Shown here: piece by piece, positions 1 to 16,243 of the stretch
Position numbering within the stretch: the stretch's first letter is position 1
Layout: the number at the start of each line of letters is the position of its first letter
Program-made: the position numbers and the translations under genes
Notes under the pieces: generated by a model
Databases searched by the model: none
The model's input: the letters and a program-made list of their open reading frames with translations, nothing else
Told to the model about the DNA's origin: nothing
Source: the human T2T-CHM13v2.0 reference genome, Homo sapiens
NCBI RefSeq assembly: GCF_009914755.1
Contig: NC_060931.1
Length of the DNA: 64,000 nt
Strand: one strand, 5' to 3'

Positions 1-2234
1 CTGGAAACCACGTGGTGTCTCCTTCCAGGCTGAACACAAACAGGGGGCCCCAGTTTATAACTAGCCAGGGGTGCACTGCTCAGACCAGGCTCAGCTCCAC
101 AAGGCAGCCTGCGCTTCCTGCCACCTGCCCACCATTTGGCAGGGGCAGACACAGCAGTGACGGCAGGGGGTCAAAATAGGACCACCTGTCCCTTTACTGG
201 CCACAGTCATCAGACCCGGAGACACTAAACAGGACTTTAACTCCTCCGAGCATTGGTTTCCACCTCTGTGAAACTAGCTGACAACACCACCAGCCTCCCA
301 GGATCTCTGTGGGGACTAAGAAGATGCCTCAAGGCACCAAGCCCAAGCCAGCAGCACTCATCATCAGCCCTGGGGGAGAGAGGAGGGTTGCATGTGTTGT
401 TTCCAGTCCAACTCCCGCATTTTACAATGGAGGAAAGGCCATGGGGAGGGGCTGCTCTGGGGGGCAACAGCTGGGCAGGGTGTGGCACCCTGAGGACAGG
501 CCAGTTTATTCCTTACTTCATGGTGACAGAAAACAGGCCGAGCCCTAGAGAGCCAGCTCTCTCAAAGTACCCCCAATGGGAGTGTCCTCAACTGCAGGCA
601 GCGGCCAGCCAGGCAGAGCCAGGCAGGGGGCTCCCATCCATAGGCGAGCAAGTTAGCAAGGGCGGCCTGGGAGGGAAGTGCCTTCTCTAGAAGGTGACAA
701 CATTGTTAATGAGCCCGTGTTAATGTCAGTCATCTCCGGAGTCTGAAAGTGCCCTGCAGCAGGTGGGAGGGGTTATGTATGCTGAGTCCACTCTGGAGTA
801 TGCCCTGCAGAGCTGCGTTCTGTCCTGTTAGATGTCCCACCCAAACTCACACAGATCCCCCTGCAGAGAGCCTGGAAACCAGCCCCTCAGGGCACAGCAC
901 AGGCATCCCAAGGACAGCCCCACCAAACCCCCAGCATACAGACACCTGGTCCTGTCCACATGGGATGTCGGGGGTGCTGACGGGGGCAAGACCCACAGAT
1001 GCTGACCACCATGGGCCACAGAGATAGGTCTCTGGCCCTGCAGCCAGCTGGTTCCATACAATAGCTCAATGTTTGCAAGGCTGAGGGAAGGGCCTAATTC
1101 ACCCACCCCAGCCTGGCCAACTCTGATGGGCAAAGGGGCTGCCCAGAGAATGCTGAGAGGATCACCCCAACTCAGACCAGGACCATACCTGCCTCCACAC
1201 CCAGAAGGGCACAGCAGGGCTTTTGCTTTAGAATGAAGAGCTAATGAATTGCACTGACACTGACAGAGCAGCCTTAACCTGGAGTTTATCCCACAATAAT
1301 CAGATTCATATGGATAACCCTGGAAACAACAAGCAGAGAGGGCTCTGAGCAGCCCTGCTTCCCTTTCATATCCACAAATGCAAACAAGTATTTGCAGGAG
1401 GGCTAGCCCATTTCAGGCACTGCAGGGAGAATGCAGGTGTGACAGAGGGGAAAGACCAGGATGGACTGAAAACTGAATGGATGGGAATCCTGTCCTGGAG
1501 GTGCTGGATAAGTACACATTTAAGACCCCATAAAGGAGAGAGAAGGCAGTGCCAGAGGTGGCGGCGATGGGCACCTGGGAGAAGAAGAGCTCGTCTCCAG
1601 CTCTAGAAACCACGGCCACTTTGCAGATCCATCAGGGCAGCTCTTGGGATAGGCCAGGATGGCTAGAAAGCATCTGATACAAAGTGGGCGCCTGTGGCAG
1701 AGGTGGGGCAGGAGGAGCAAATTCCTTCAGAGGACAGAGTCTGGGCAGAGAAATGGAGGCACACTGCGTGTGGTGGGTGGGGCAGCCAGGAGTGACACAC
1801 GCCATGCTCACAGGATGCATGAGAAAGAGGCTCAAGCCCGGGCTCAAGGAGCCCAAATGCCAGGTGATGAATCCATGACGATGAAAGGTGTCAGAAGTTT
1901 CTGCATAGGGGAGTGACACAATCTCAATTGTTTTTAACAAGGTTTAGTGGTAGTAGCAGCAGCAAGATTAATATAAGGGGAACACTGGGCAGTGGACGAC
2001 ATAGGTGGAAATGTCAGGCCCAAGAGCAGACAGCTGCTGACCTGGACCTCATCTGTTAGTGGCATCAGGAGTGGCTCCAGCAGGCTCCAGGAGCCCAGGG
2101 TGCACTTCCCAGACATCAGGTCGGCGGTTGAAATCAGCAATGGGGGGAGTATTTATACCAAAGAAATCAGCAAACACTGCCGACCGAGCTTTTACCTGGA
2201 AAACCTCTATTAAACATTCACCAGCAACCCCGTG

Positions 2235-2400
2235 ATACTCGTCCTCTAGAAGCCTCAGATTCCCCACCTGGGGAATGGGGGTGGAAATGGCACATAATGC
2301 AGAGTTCTAGGAAGATCAAGTAAGGTAAGCATGCAAAGTGCTTAATACTGTGCCTGGAACACCACACATGCTCAACACGTGCCAGCTTTTACTAGTATAT
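2235..2400 (+). mobile_element. MIR SINE fragment
   Basis: cctcagattccccacctg...gatcaagtaaggtaagcatgcaaagtgcttaatactgtgcctgg matches the MIR core and 3' end. Confidence 0.65.
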
Positions 2401-2957
2401 TACATTATTACTATTGGGGCAATCAACGGAGGCCAGGAGGGCATCCATTCAGGATGTGAGGAGAAGGAAGACAAGGCCAACAGACCCAGGTCCCCTGAAG
2501 CTGAGGAGGTAAATGATGCTGAGACAGCAACAGGGAACGCTCAAGGACCAGCACGTATAGGTGCAGGCCCGGCAAGCACACACACAACACAGCCCACGAG
2601 ACATTCGCTGCCCCACACCTGCTGCTCACCTCAGCCAACCCCCTCCACATCTGGAGCTCCAACAGTGAGAACCAGCTGGGTAACAACAGGTCCCCATTCC
2701 TTAAGGACGCTTTCAGCTCTTCCTCCTTGAGTGTTTCTCAGCCCTTTTGAAGGTTATGAGTATTAGTGAATGACATTAACGAGACTGTCTTCCAAGGACT
2801 CCCATTGTGTAGGACAATTCAGTATCATAGTAACTTTCTCCCTACCTTACCCCTTTCTTTTAAGAAAATGATAATCTCTCTTTATAAATGTCTTTTAAAA
2901 TATTCAGTGTGGGCTCAATTCTTCCCATATCATTATCCCTGGAGGTGTGCTGGTAAA

Positions 2958-3052
2958 GGGGAGGGGAGGGGAGGGGAGGGGAGGGGAGGAGGGGAGGGGA
3001 GGGGAGGGGAAGAGAGGGGAGGGGAAGGGAGGGGAGGGGAGGGGAGGGGAGA
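2958..3052 (+). repeat. (GGGGA)n polypurine simple repeat
   Basis: Direct reading: ggggaggggaggggag... about 95 bp. Confidence 0.95.
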
Positions 3053-3163
3053 GGCAACCACCTCGATGTATCCTCTGTCCATTCCTGTGGCGTAAATACT
3101 GCCACCATGGTTCATTCTAAGCTAGCTGGGTAATTCCACTGAAGATGGAGTGGGGATGTGTGA

Positions 3164-4145
3164 GTGATCTCACTCAATTCCTCACTAAAATGTTCTCTTT
3201 TTATAGGTGTGGAAATGATGCCCTTGATATCTAATTGACCTGATCAGTGCTCTAGGCCAGGGCCTACAGCTCCTCCCCACTTCCACACACGTCATGGATA
3301 GGCAACCTATCTCAGAGACAGGCCCTTCTCACTCCAAATAGCTTCAACAGCCTCCAAGAGGCCACTCCTCCTAATCACTCTCCCTTTCATCTTCCCACTT
3401 TCTCCACTAAATTAACTTCGTTACCACTTCTGAAACCCAAGCTATCAAAAACCCATCACCACCATGGTTTCCTGCCACTCAAGCACCTAGAATGCTCCCT
3501 ATTTCTATAGAGCTCCAAGTCAGTCCCCTCCAACCACTACACACTATGGTGCCCTCCATCCATCTACCACCACTCATCCTTTCTGCAGAGGCAGAGCGTA
3601 TTACAGTTGAAGGACCATGGGAAAGGACTTGGAGGCAGGGAGCCTGACTCAAATCCTAGCTCTGCCCTACAGACAGGTTACTCTGGGTAGTCAGTGAGCC
3701 CTGTCGCCTCAGTGTCCTCATCTGTAAAAACAGGGACAATGACAGGGACCCAGCACTGTCCTCAGGTGCACCCTGAACTTGCTCCTAGCAGCTCACAAGC
3801 AGAAGCTTGAGCCTATCAGGAGACTCTGGGAAGAGGACATAGTCTGAGGCACCAAAAAAAGGAAGTATATCTGCTCAGGTCAATCCTAAAACCTATTGAG
3901 ACAGTACGTCTCATGCCAAAATAATGTCAATATGCCACATACATGACGTTTACACTACACAGAAACATGGGTGATCTTACTCAATTTCTTACAGGTGAGG
4001 AAATAATGTCCTTGGTATCTAACTGACCCGTTCAAGGTCATCTGGTTAGTCAGCTGAGGCCACGTCTGCCCAGGATGAGTGCTCTAGGCCAGGGCCCACG
4101 GGCTCCTCCCAACTCCCACACACACACGCCATGGGACAGTCACCT
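3164..4145 (+). repeat. Diverged direct duplication (copy 1 ~3164-3308, copy 2 ~3971-4145) of a MIR-like segment plus flank
   Basis: Shared collinear blocks gtgatct.actcaatt, aggtg.ggaaat.atg.ccttg.tatctaa.tgacc, agtgctctaggccagggcc, ctcctccc..ct.ccacacac. Confidence 0.8.
3590..3750 (+). mobile_element. MIR SINE fragment
   Basis: tcaaatcctagctctgcc...gcctcagtgtcctcatctgtaaaaacagggacaat (MIR core). Confidence 0.7.
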
Positions 4146-4689
4146 GGGGCTCTGCCAAAGGGCAGCTTCACTAGCTGAGCACAGGGCATCCATTTCCCTT
4201 TTAAACATGGGGACAGATGTGTCCTCTAACCTCTGAGGCTTCCATCTGGAAGTGCCTCATGAGTCAGTGGCTCACATTTAGAACAGCTGTGCCTCCTGGA
4301 TGCCCCAACCTTTTTTCTCCCTCATTTCTATCCCAGAGAGATTAGATGTCCTGTACAAATTGGATCTGAAAATGATAATAAAATAAAATGTAATATAAAA
4401 CAAGATGAAATAAAATCAGTCTGCGCTGGGATGAGCTGTGAAAAACGGGGCTGCTCAAGCCACCTCCTGTGAGCACAAGCCAACCACAGACGAAGCCTTC
4501 TGCATGAGGAACAAGCAGTCCCCCCATCCCTTCCCGCAGGTGCAGGCTTGCAGCTCGGGAGTCAGACCCCAGGCATGTAGGTCCCAGGCCATCTGAGGAG
4601 CCTGTGTAGACCCCTGTGACTGAAGAGCAGGGCCTCACTGCCCTTGAGAGGCTAGCTCTGAGAACCAGCTTTTTAAATAACAAGTACCA

Positions 4690-5095
4690 CCTACTTTCAT
4701 TCTTATGATAAAAGTTACTTGGTTATAGAAAATTCAGAAAGTAGACATATACAAAAAGAAGCAGACAGAATCAGCCTCTCTCTCCCTCCCATACCCCAAG
4801 ATAACCAACTTTAGCCAGATAGGATGGACCCCTAAATAAGTACGGGCGACTTTCTTCCGCCCATACTTATTTAAAAGCCAAATGGTGCTTTATGTCCATA
4901 TCACTATATTTTCTTCTGCACTGCAATTTTTAACAGTGGCATAGTACCCAATTATCCAGATGGAACATAATCCCTCTTTAACAGCATGTTTTTTGGTCTC
5001 AAATTTCCCACTCTTATGAATGATGCTATGAGAAACATTCTATAGTTTAAAATGTTAACATCCTTAGTGGCTGCCTCGGGATAAACACCCAGAGA
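4690..5095 (-). mobile_element. Old L1M (L1ME-like) 3' fragment
   Basis: AT-rich; tgatgctatgagaaacattc...gggataaacacccagagatg resembles antisense old L1 3' region. Confidence 0.45.
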
Positions 5096-5693
5096 TGCCA
5101 TGTGCTTTGGGGTCCACATCACTAGGACTTCCTCTAGAAAGTGCTGTGACTTCCAGGACCACATGCATCATCCCAGAGAAGAGGAAACATACAAAACATG
5201 AAACCCATTCCATCTTTTTCTATTTAAGCATATTTTATCCCCTTTCCAAAAAAGAAACTATCTTGTCAAAGGTAAAGAGACTTGAAGTGTCTGGATAGTT
5301 ATGAAACCAGTGTCCCAGAGAACACAGCAGAGGAGAAAACGGCACCTCCAAACCTCTCTGCAAGCACCTTCATCCCCTCCCAGGTCAGTCTCAGGCCCCA
5401 AGTGGACTATGCCACTGGAGTGTCCTAGAATGTAAATTCCCCCACAAGAGAACCACGGCAGGCCTCCATATCCCCACACAGGGCCCAGTGTCTGGTGCAT
5501 CAGAGGTCCCCAGGACATAAATATTTATAAACTGATTGATTAATGAAGGAGGGGCAGGGCAGTGGAAGAGAGGACTCATCTGTTCCATAATCAAGACCAT
5601 AACTTCAAGTTTATGATTTATTACCCACCATATCTGGCAAAGGTAGCACCGTCCTCCTCCCCACTGGAGACTGACAAAATGCCTGGTACCATC

Positions 5694-6315
<622 letters not shown>

Positions 6316-8244
6316 ACATCTGAAAGCTCTGAGATGCCTGGTGGGTGTTTGGGAAATGCTGCTGCCAGGAGCAACCTTCAGCTCCCAGGATGGGCAGGTG
6401 GCCTGGAGATGCTCACCTGCCGCCCTGCGCTCCCCTCACTTCACCCTCTCCTGGCAGGAAGCCAGGCTGACTGTGAACAGCAGCAATAAAGCAAGGAGTG
6501 GCATAAGGTGTGGGGCCGGAATGGCCCCTAGCCACACGTGGAAACGTTGCCTCCTCCTCCTGAATGTGTTAAATAAAAGGGAGAGGCAGTGGGGAAAACA
6601 ATCCAGTAAGTCAAGCTGGTTAATGTAACTAGGAAGATTGGGCAATTTGATGGGCATGCCAAAATATTGAAGGAGGAGGAACAGCAGGAGCATCAAGACA
6701 CAAGATATCCAACTACTTTCAGCTCTTCCTCCACCTAGTAACTTCCAATAAAGCTGAAGGAGGATGTGCTCTAAACCAGAGAGGTTTTATGTGCATCATA
6801 TACCTTAACATTACAGATCTATAGATCCCGCCATGAGAAAGTAAGTTTATTGAGCAATTAACTTCAAAATTTATTTTCCAGCTGTTAGAATGTGTCCAGT
6901 CTCACTGACAATGCTGGAGTTGAAAAAAAACGGGAAAGAGCATATTCCCGCCTTTGGGAAGCTTACAGTGAGATGAGGGGACACAGGCAGGTGTAAACAT
7001 AAGACAGTGAGCCCCGCATTAAGTGTTGTATGTCAAGAAATGAGTACATTGGAAGCTGAACCAGGCTGAGCAAAGCCACATTCATGTGTGAGTCTTTTCT
7101 GCTTACTGGTTAGAATGAAACTGCATCTTGCCCTCCAAGGACCACATAAATGAGGTCACTCCAAAACCACCTCTACAGGCTTCCCACCAACCATGGATCT
7201 GCTGTCTCCCTGTTCGTTCCATGAGACAATATGGAATGCATGGCCTGAGCCAGCTGGCTGGGCTCCACAATGGAGCACTAGAGAATTGGCTGTCCCCGCT
7301 CCCACTGAGGGGCTCAGTCAGCCAAGACTCTAGCAGTGCAGAAGTAGGAACTAGATGAAGACCGAAGGGGCCCAGGGCCTTCCTCACCACCCCTGTCCAG
7401 GAACATCATTGTTACTACTGAGGAGCCGGGCACTGCATGCCCACTGCATGCCTGAAGCCAGCAGGCTGGGCTCTGCAGTCCCGCACTGTGTTTCTTCTGT
7501 CAATTCAAAAGCTGACCAAATGACCACTGCGTCTGCTCCCAACCCTGCAAATGCCAGTTGTACCAGTTATTGTAATTGCAGAGCTTAATAAAATACTGCA
7601 GAAATCAATGAAATGTGAGCAAAAAAGGATTTGTTACTGCTGCAAACACTGAAGTTTTTGAGAGCCTTGCGTGAGGCAGTCAGTAAAACTCATCAAATTT
7701 CTGTAGGGCAGCTGGGGCAGAGTCCAGAGGATTTCTATGCTCCAATTATTCCTAAGTATCTTTAAGCTTTCTTACACTCTGAGGAACCCCAAATGGGAAA
7801 TTTCAATGACTCATTGTAGATGTACACTATGTAAAAACAGGACAGGGAACCCCAGACCCTGGAGAGAACTCAAAGACAGGGTGGGATGGTACGTCAAAGA
7901 CAGGTGGCTACTTTTACCGGTTTTCAGACACAATGGAATCCTAAATGAAAGGTTCAGGATTCCGCAAGTTAACTGATACTTCAGTTCAATAATCACTTAT
8001 AAATTCTGATCCCTTTAAATGACAGATTCTGCCTGGATGTGAAGCCAAATGCATAGTAAGTGACATGCAAGCAGCAATGACCCTCCTCGTTGCCCCTGTA
8101 TTAATACCAGTAACGATCATTGTCACAGCAAGTTATTCCACATCCACTCTATTCCTGACATAATGCAACATGATTTGCTTGTATTCTCTCTCCATCCTTG
8201 TAGCAGCCTGCTGAGCAAGGAACCCTTATCATCCCCACTTTCAA

Positions 8245-8489
8245 ACAGGCATAAGCCACTGCGCCTGGCCGAGGTTATGTGTTGATCAGTTCGTGAAAAC
8301 ACTGTGACTAGAGCTCGCAGGACCCTAACCCTTTATTTCTCCTAGAGACAGAAGCTCAGTGTTGGCTAAATCAGTGTTTGCAGCAACTTTATCGAACATG
8401 ACTACCACCAATAATGAGAATCTACTGTAATTGATTAGGTATTGACTAGGGTTCCATAGTAAGACAGCCCCATTGTCAGGCTGTCACTT
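8245..8489 (-). repeat. Left arm of an inverted duplication (reverse complement of 8797-9041)
   Basis: Contains, inverted, unique flank + MER82 left end + first ~26 nt of the Alu at 9016; about 85% identical by eye. Confidence 0.92.
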
Positions 8490-8857
8490 CATCTAGTTCA
8501 AACCCAGGACCAGGCTTGCCCACCTGAGGCCATTTGCAGCAAGGGGAGTGCTAGGACACAGGCCAGGTCTGTCTTAGCTTTCACTCCACCACGAGGGACC
8601 ATCGACTTTTCTACCTCCCTAGAACTCCACAGCCAAGACTAGTTAGCCCTCTGCCCTGATTCCTCCCCGCTGTGCCTCTCTTCTCCCTGCCTCTCCGGTT
8701 TGTAAGCAAATTGCCTATCATAGGTTCACAGAAGGCAGCCAGAAAGTGGGCTGGGATCTGTTCTCTCAGATAGTAAAGCTCAGGGAAAGAATCATTAAGT
8801 GAAAACCTGACAATGAGGCTGTCCTACAATGGACCCTAATCAATGCCTAATCAATTA

Positions 8858-9745
8858 CAGTTGATTTTCGTTATTGGCAGTAGTTGTGTTCTATAAAGTT
8901 GCTGCAAACACTGATTTGACCAACACTGAGCTTCCGTCTCTAGGAGAAATACAGGGTTAGGGTCCTGCGAGCTCTAGTCACAGCATTTTCACCAACCGCT
9001 TCAAGGCATAACCTTGGCCGGGTGCAGTGGCTCACACCTGTAATCTCAGCACTTTGAGAGGCCTAGGCAGGTGGATCACCTGAGGTCAGGAGTTCGAGAC
9101 CAGCCTGGCCAATGTGGTGAAACCCCATCTCTACTAAAAATGTACAAATTGTCGGGAGTGGTTGTGCATGCCTGTAATCCCAGTTACTCAGGAGGCTGGG
9201 GCATGAGAATCACTTGAACCCAGGAGGCAGAGGTTGCAGTGAACCGAGATCATGCCACAGCACTCCGGCCTGGGTGACAAAGAGAGACCCTAATTTAATA
9301 AATACTGTGGATTCATTAACATGAAACTCTCAGCCATTGGTGCTGTAACTCACACCTGAAGGAAGGACTGTCTAACACATGCGCTTTCTCCACCAGGCAC
9401 AGGACAGTCATCTTGTGCTTAGGGACACTGGACATCACATCAGCACTACACTTGCATTTTAAACAGCATAATCAACAACAGAAGCACAAAAATGGGGGAA
9501 ATGTGGCACTAAATAGACTGTGGAAAGGATGCCTGTCTGCAGTATGAGTTGAAACAAGGAAGAGCTTTGCTTTGTTCAGTGTCAGACGGGAACATGCAGG
9601 TGGGCAACCCGAATTTTGAGTCTTTTTGTTCATGTCTTCAAATGACCACAAAATTGTCCTTGGTATTGATTTTGGTGTTACAAATAAATTGTATCCAGGA
9701 GGCTAATTTGCAAATATGGAATCCACAAGTAATGAAAATCAACTA
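8858..9745 (+). mobile_element. MER82-like TcMar-Tigger non-autonomous DNA transposon, interrupted by an Alu
   Basis: TA|cagttgattttcgttatt ... agtaatgaaaatcaacta|TA terminal inverted repeats with TA target duplication; internal sequence matches MER82 as recalled. Confidence 0.8.
9016..9290 (+). mobile_element. AluS lacking a poly(A) tail
   Basis: ggccgggtgcagtggctcacacctgtaatc...tgggtgacaaagagagaccc, then MER82 resumes directly. Confidence 0.95.
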
Positions 9746-10374
9746 TAATTTAATCTTCAAATTTGTAGATTTAAAATTGCTAGAAACTTGCCAGTTTCTA
9801 ATTCTAATGCCCCCACTTAATACACCTGTTACTCTAACATTATTAAAAGGGCCGTAATCACAGCCTAGTCCACCCGTAATTTTTATCTACCTGACTCTAC
9901 TTCTTCATCCCTAGGATGCCTCATGCTGCTACAGAAAGCAAAGCCTTAGAGGAATCCTTCCTCCTGACAAGGAAGCTCCAGGGTGGCAAGTTCAGGCTGC
10001 AGATGCCTTCTTCTAAAGACGTGCACTTCTTTTCCAGATTTATGTTCCCTACCTGAGGACCTCTATTGATTTGGCAATGCCTTGCCTTGAGAAGCTTACA
10101 GCATTTTCTAGGCAAACACACTGAGGACTCTGGCATCAGAATATTTTCTGGAGCACGTACGACAGAAGCCAATAGTCATCTGCCCGGGATGGAAAGAAGA
10201 AAGGCATCAGAGAATGTGAGTTTCTCAGGTGGAAGGAAATCATAAACGTCAGGTCACCCAAACCCCAGAGGCCGCCGAGTTCTCAGTAACCCTACGCCCC
10301 GAGCACCCTCAACACCCCTAGGATTGCTCAAGGTGGCCCCGGGTGGCAGCCCCACCCCAGCAAGTCATCTCCTA

Positions 10375-10561
10375 GAACAGGCTGAACAGACTTCAGTTTG
10401 CATCAGAACCACCAGGAGGGCATATTAGGAGAGAGACTTAGGGACCCTATCCCAGAATTTCTGATTCAACAGGTCTGAGTGGGCACAAAGAGTTTGTATT
10501 TCTAAGTTCCCAGGTTTATGCTGATGCTGCTGGTCTTAGATGACACTCTGAGATCCACTGA
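10375..10561. mobile_element. MER5A-like hAT-Charlie MITE
   Basis: tgcatcagaaccaccaggagg...ttctgattcaacaggtctg...ttcccagg...gctgatgctgctggtc...actctgagatccactg. Confidence 0.8.
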
Positions 10562-11488
10562 CCTAAAATATTTGTGCATCAGTGTGGTTTATACTAACGA
10601 CCTTGTCACCACATGCAATGCGGGCTTCATTACTGCATCCTCTGCCATCATTTGCACTCAGTCTCCCAATCACCCTAAGAAGGAACACTGCAACATAACT
10701 TCCAGCCACTACTTAAATGGCACCAATGATGGGGAGCTCAGGACCTCATACAAGTCCAAGTCCATGTTTAACTCCCCTAATATTCCAAAGTGCTTCACTC
10801 TCTTGAATCACAATCTGTGCTCACTGGATGCCTGCGCCTTGGCCCTATTTCCTTCCATGCACAAAACCTATCAAGGCTGATCTCCCTGGTGAGTGAGTTG
10901 TATGATTTTCCCAGGGGAAAAAAAGTAAAAATGTACCTGGCTAGTGTGAAACAACCCTTTATTCAGAATGATTTCTTTAAAGGCTTTATGAAGCAAGTGT
11001 TACTATTTTACAAAGCAGCCTGTGAACTCTGTGCCATGTGTTGACAAACTCAGTGGGTTTTCAGCGAAACATTTCATCAAATAAGACACATTGTAGCACT
11101 GCTGAGGGGCTATCACCCAGATGTCAACGGCTCAATGCCACACAGGAGACTTGTGGGAAAAGTCTTAAGCCATTAGGTCATGGAAGATAACTGCAAGAGG
11201 GGGAAAGGACGCTGGCTTGGGAAACACTGGTGTGTCATATGATAAAAACAGTGACCAGCCAGCCTGAGCTCTGTGCCTAAACACATCATCTGCGCCCTGC
11301 ACAATGCCCCTGTGAAGTAGAGACACGCGGATCAGAAGCCCCAGGTCCCACCACTTTGTTTCCAGTCACCAACTTGTCCCCAAATCAACTGCATCCATAC
11401 ACCGACACCCCCTACCCAACTGTGCCATTTAAAGCTAACCCTAGATATCACATCACTTCATCCATAAATATCTCAGTACATATCTTTA

Positions 11489-11820
<332 letters not shown>

Positions 11821-11967
11821 AAAGTCAAGAACATTTTAATACATAGAACAAACTGCCAGAATTGTGAAGAATAATTTCTTAAAATATCTAATTCATGTTC
11901 AAATTTCTCTGCCATACGAGTTTTGGGGTTGTTTGGATTTATTTTTACAGTCTAAGTTACAGTCTGA

Positions 11968-12335
<368 letters not shown>

Positions 12336-12837
12336 TGAAAAAGACTGGGGTTGTTTCCACACAGTAGAATTCCCTCTGCCCTGGATTTCGCTGAGCCCTG
12401 CAGTATGGCTTCACAGATGTCCTGGCCCCTGGACTTCCTGTCAGTTGCAGATGGATCTGAGGCTGGGTCTGATTCTGGTTTGATTCTGGTGAGGACTTGG
12501 CTAGGGTGAGGACTCAGCTGTGTACTTCCTGCAAGGAGGCTTACAACCCTATGACCCATGGTCTAACTCCCCTTTTGTGATAGTGCAGGTTACAGAGGAC
12601 CAGAGCCTAGAGCCAGACAGTCATTTATTAGGAGTTTGGAAAGGGCACTATGTTAACCCTATCACATTTTCAAGGTTTATTAGCTGGAATTCTTCTTTCA
12701 ATACAACTTTCCCTCTTCCTTTATTTGGAAACTCCAAAGAACAGTTCCCAAAGGTTAAATGCTCGATTGCTTCTCTTTATTTACCAAATCAGAATGAGTT
12801 GGTTCCCTACATCCCCCAAAGGTAACTAGGGAGTGCT

Positions 12838-12887
12838 GTGGTGATGACGGTGGTAATGGTGGTGATGACGGTGGTGGTGATGGTGTA
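12838..12887 (+). repeat. (GGT/GAT)n trinucleotide low-complexity repeat
   Basis: gtggtgatgacggtggtaatggtggtgatgacggtggtggtgatggtg. Confidence 0.85.
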
Positions 12888-13911
12888 AGTAGTACTTTTG
12901 AAAGTCTGTTGCATATGTTAGATAATTACATCTGTGTCCAAAGTACAAAGCTAACAGCTATTACAACCTGGATGCAAGCACAGCCTGCCCCGGTGAAGTC
13001 CCTCATCTTCCATGACCCCAGGTTCTCTTCAAATTCCATAATTTCTGGAAAGACAGGCCATGGGGCTACCCCAGGGCCTGAGGGCCAGAGAGGACGGGAT
13101 GGGGAGTGCTAGTGGTCATCACGCTGGGAAACGAAGTGTTAGTTAAGTAGAGAAAAACTTCCCACTAAAGTAGAAAATACTCATCCAATTAAACATGTTT
13201 CTCCTTATTCTTTCTCTACGATTGAGTCTCCAAATATGACAAGGTTTCCGGCAGGGACTTTTTTCTTTTTAATTTTTTAACAAAAATTGTTTCCTGATAC
13301 TCTCGGGAAAGTGCACATTTTAAAGAAACCTGTTATAAATGCACCAGGAGAATGAGACAATTATCACAGCAGCTATGAGGACCAGGAGCCCATGAAGTTT
13401 CAGATTTTGAAGCCAACAGTTGTCCTGATGCTGGCAGACTGACACCCAGACTTGGGTCCCCAGCAACACACAGTATGAGTGAAGTTTCTGCCCAAAAAGC
13501 TCAAGATGCCTTCAGTGACCTGAGGAAACCGCCATGGTACCTGCTTCTCTAAAATAGGACTATTGAGCCACAGGAGACCACAGATTCATAGCCAAGCAAC
13601 CCCCATATTTGAAGATAAGAAAACAGAAGGTTAGAAAACAAGGCCATGTATAACAGGAGGGGCCTGAGCCTAGACCCTGGCTCCTGGACCAAGCCAGCTC
13701 CCTCCCACAGCACGCTGGCTGTCCCCCAAGTGGATGTAGGTTGGAGATGTTGTTGTGTGTGGTTTTCTACATGAGTATCCCTTTTGCAGGTAAAATACAC
13801 TCAGGTAATATAAATAATGCACAAACGAATGCCTCCTCTGACCTGGAATCTGTAACGTCTCCTTGTCACATGCCAACTTCTCTCCAACTGCAGACATTTA
13901 AAAAAAAAAAT

Positions 13912-14319
<408 letters not shown>

Positions 14320-14420
14320 TCAGTATTTAATGTTCCCCTTCAGTAGTTACTGCTATTTCCCGAACCAATCACATATGGCCACTGCGTTTAAGGGCCTCTC
14401 CATATTTAAAATGCGTGACT

Positions 14421-16243
<1,823 letters not shown>

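Noticed and set aside
511-546. Minus-strand GTCACCATGAA|gtaagg (Kozak-like ATG before a donor)
   Set aside because: The acceptor is weak, and the ATG would end in phase 2, incompatible with the phase-0 junction after the 39-nt exon; unsupported without transcript data.
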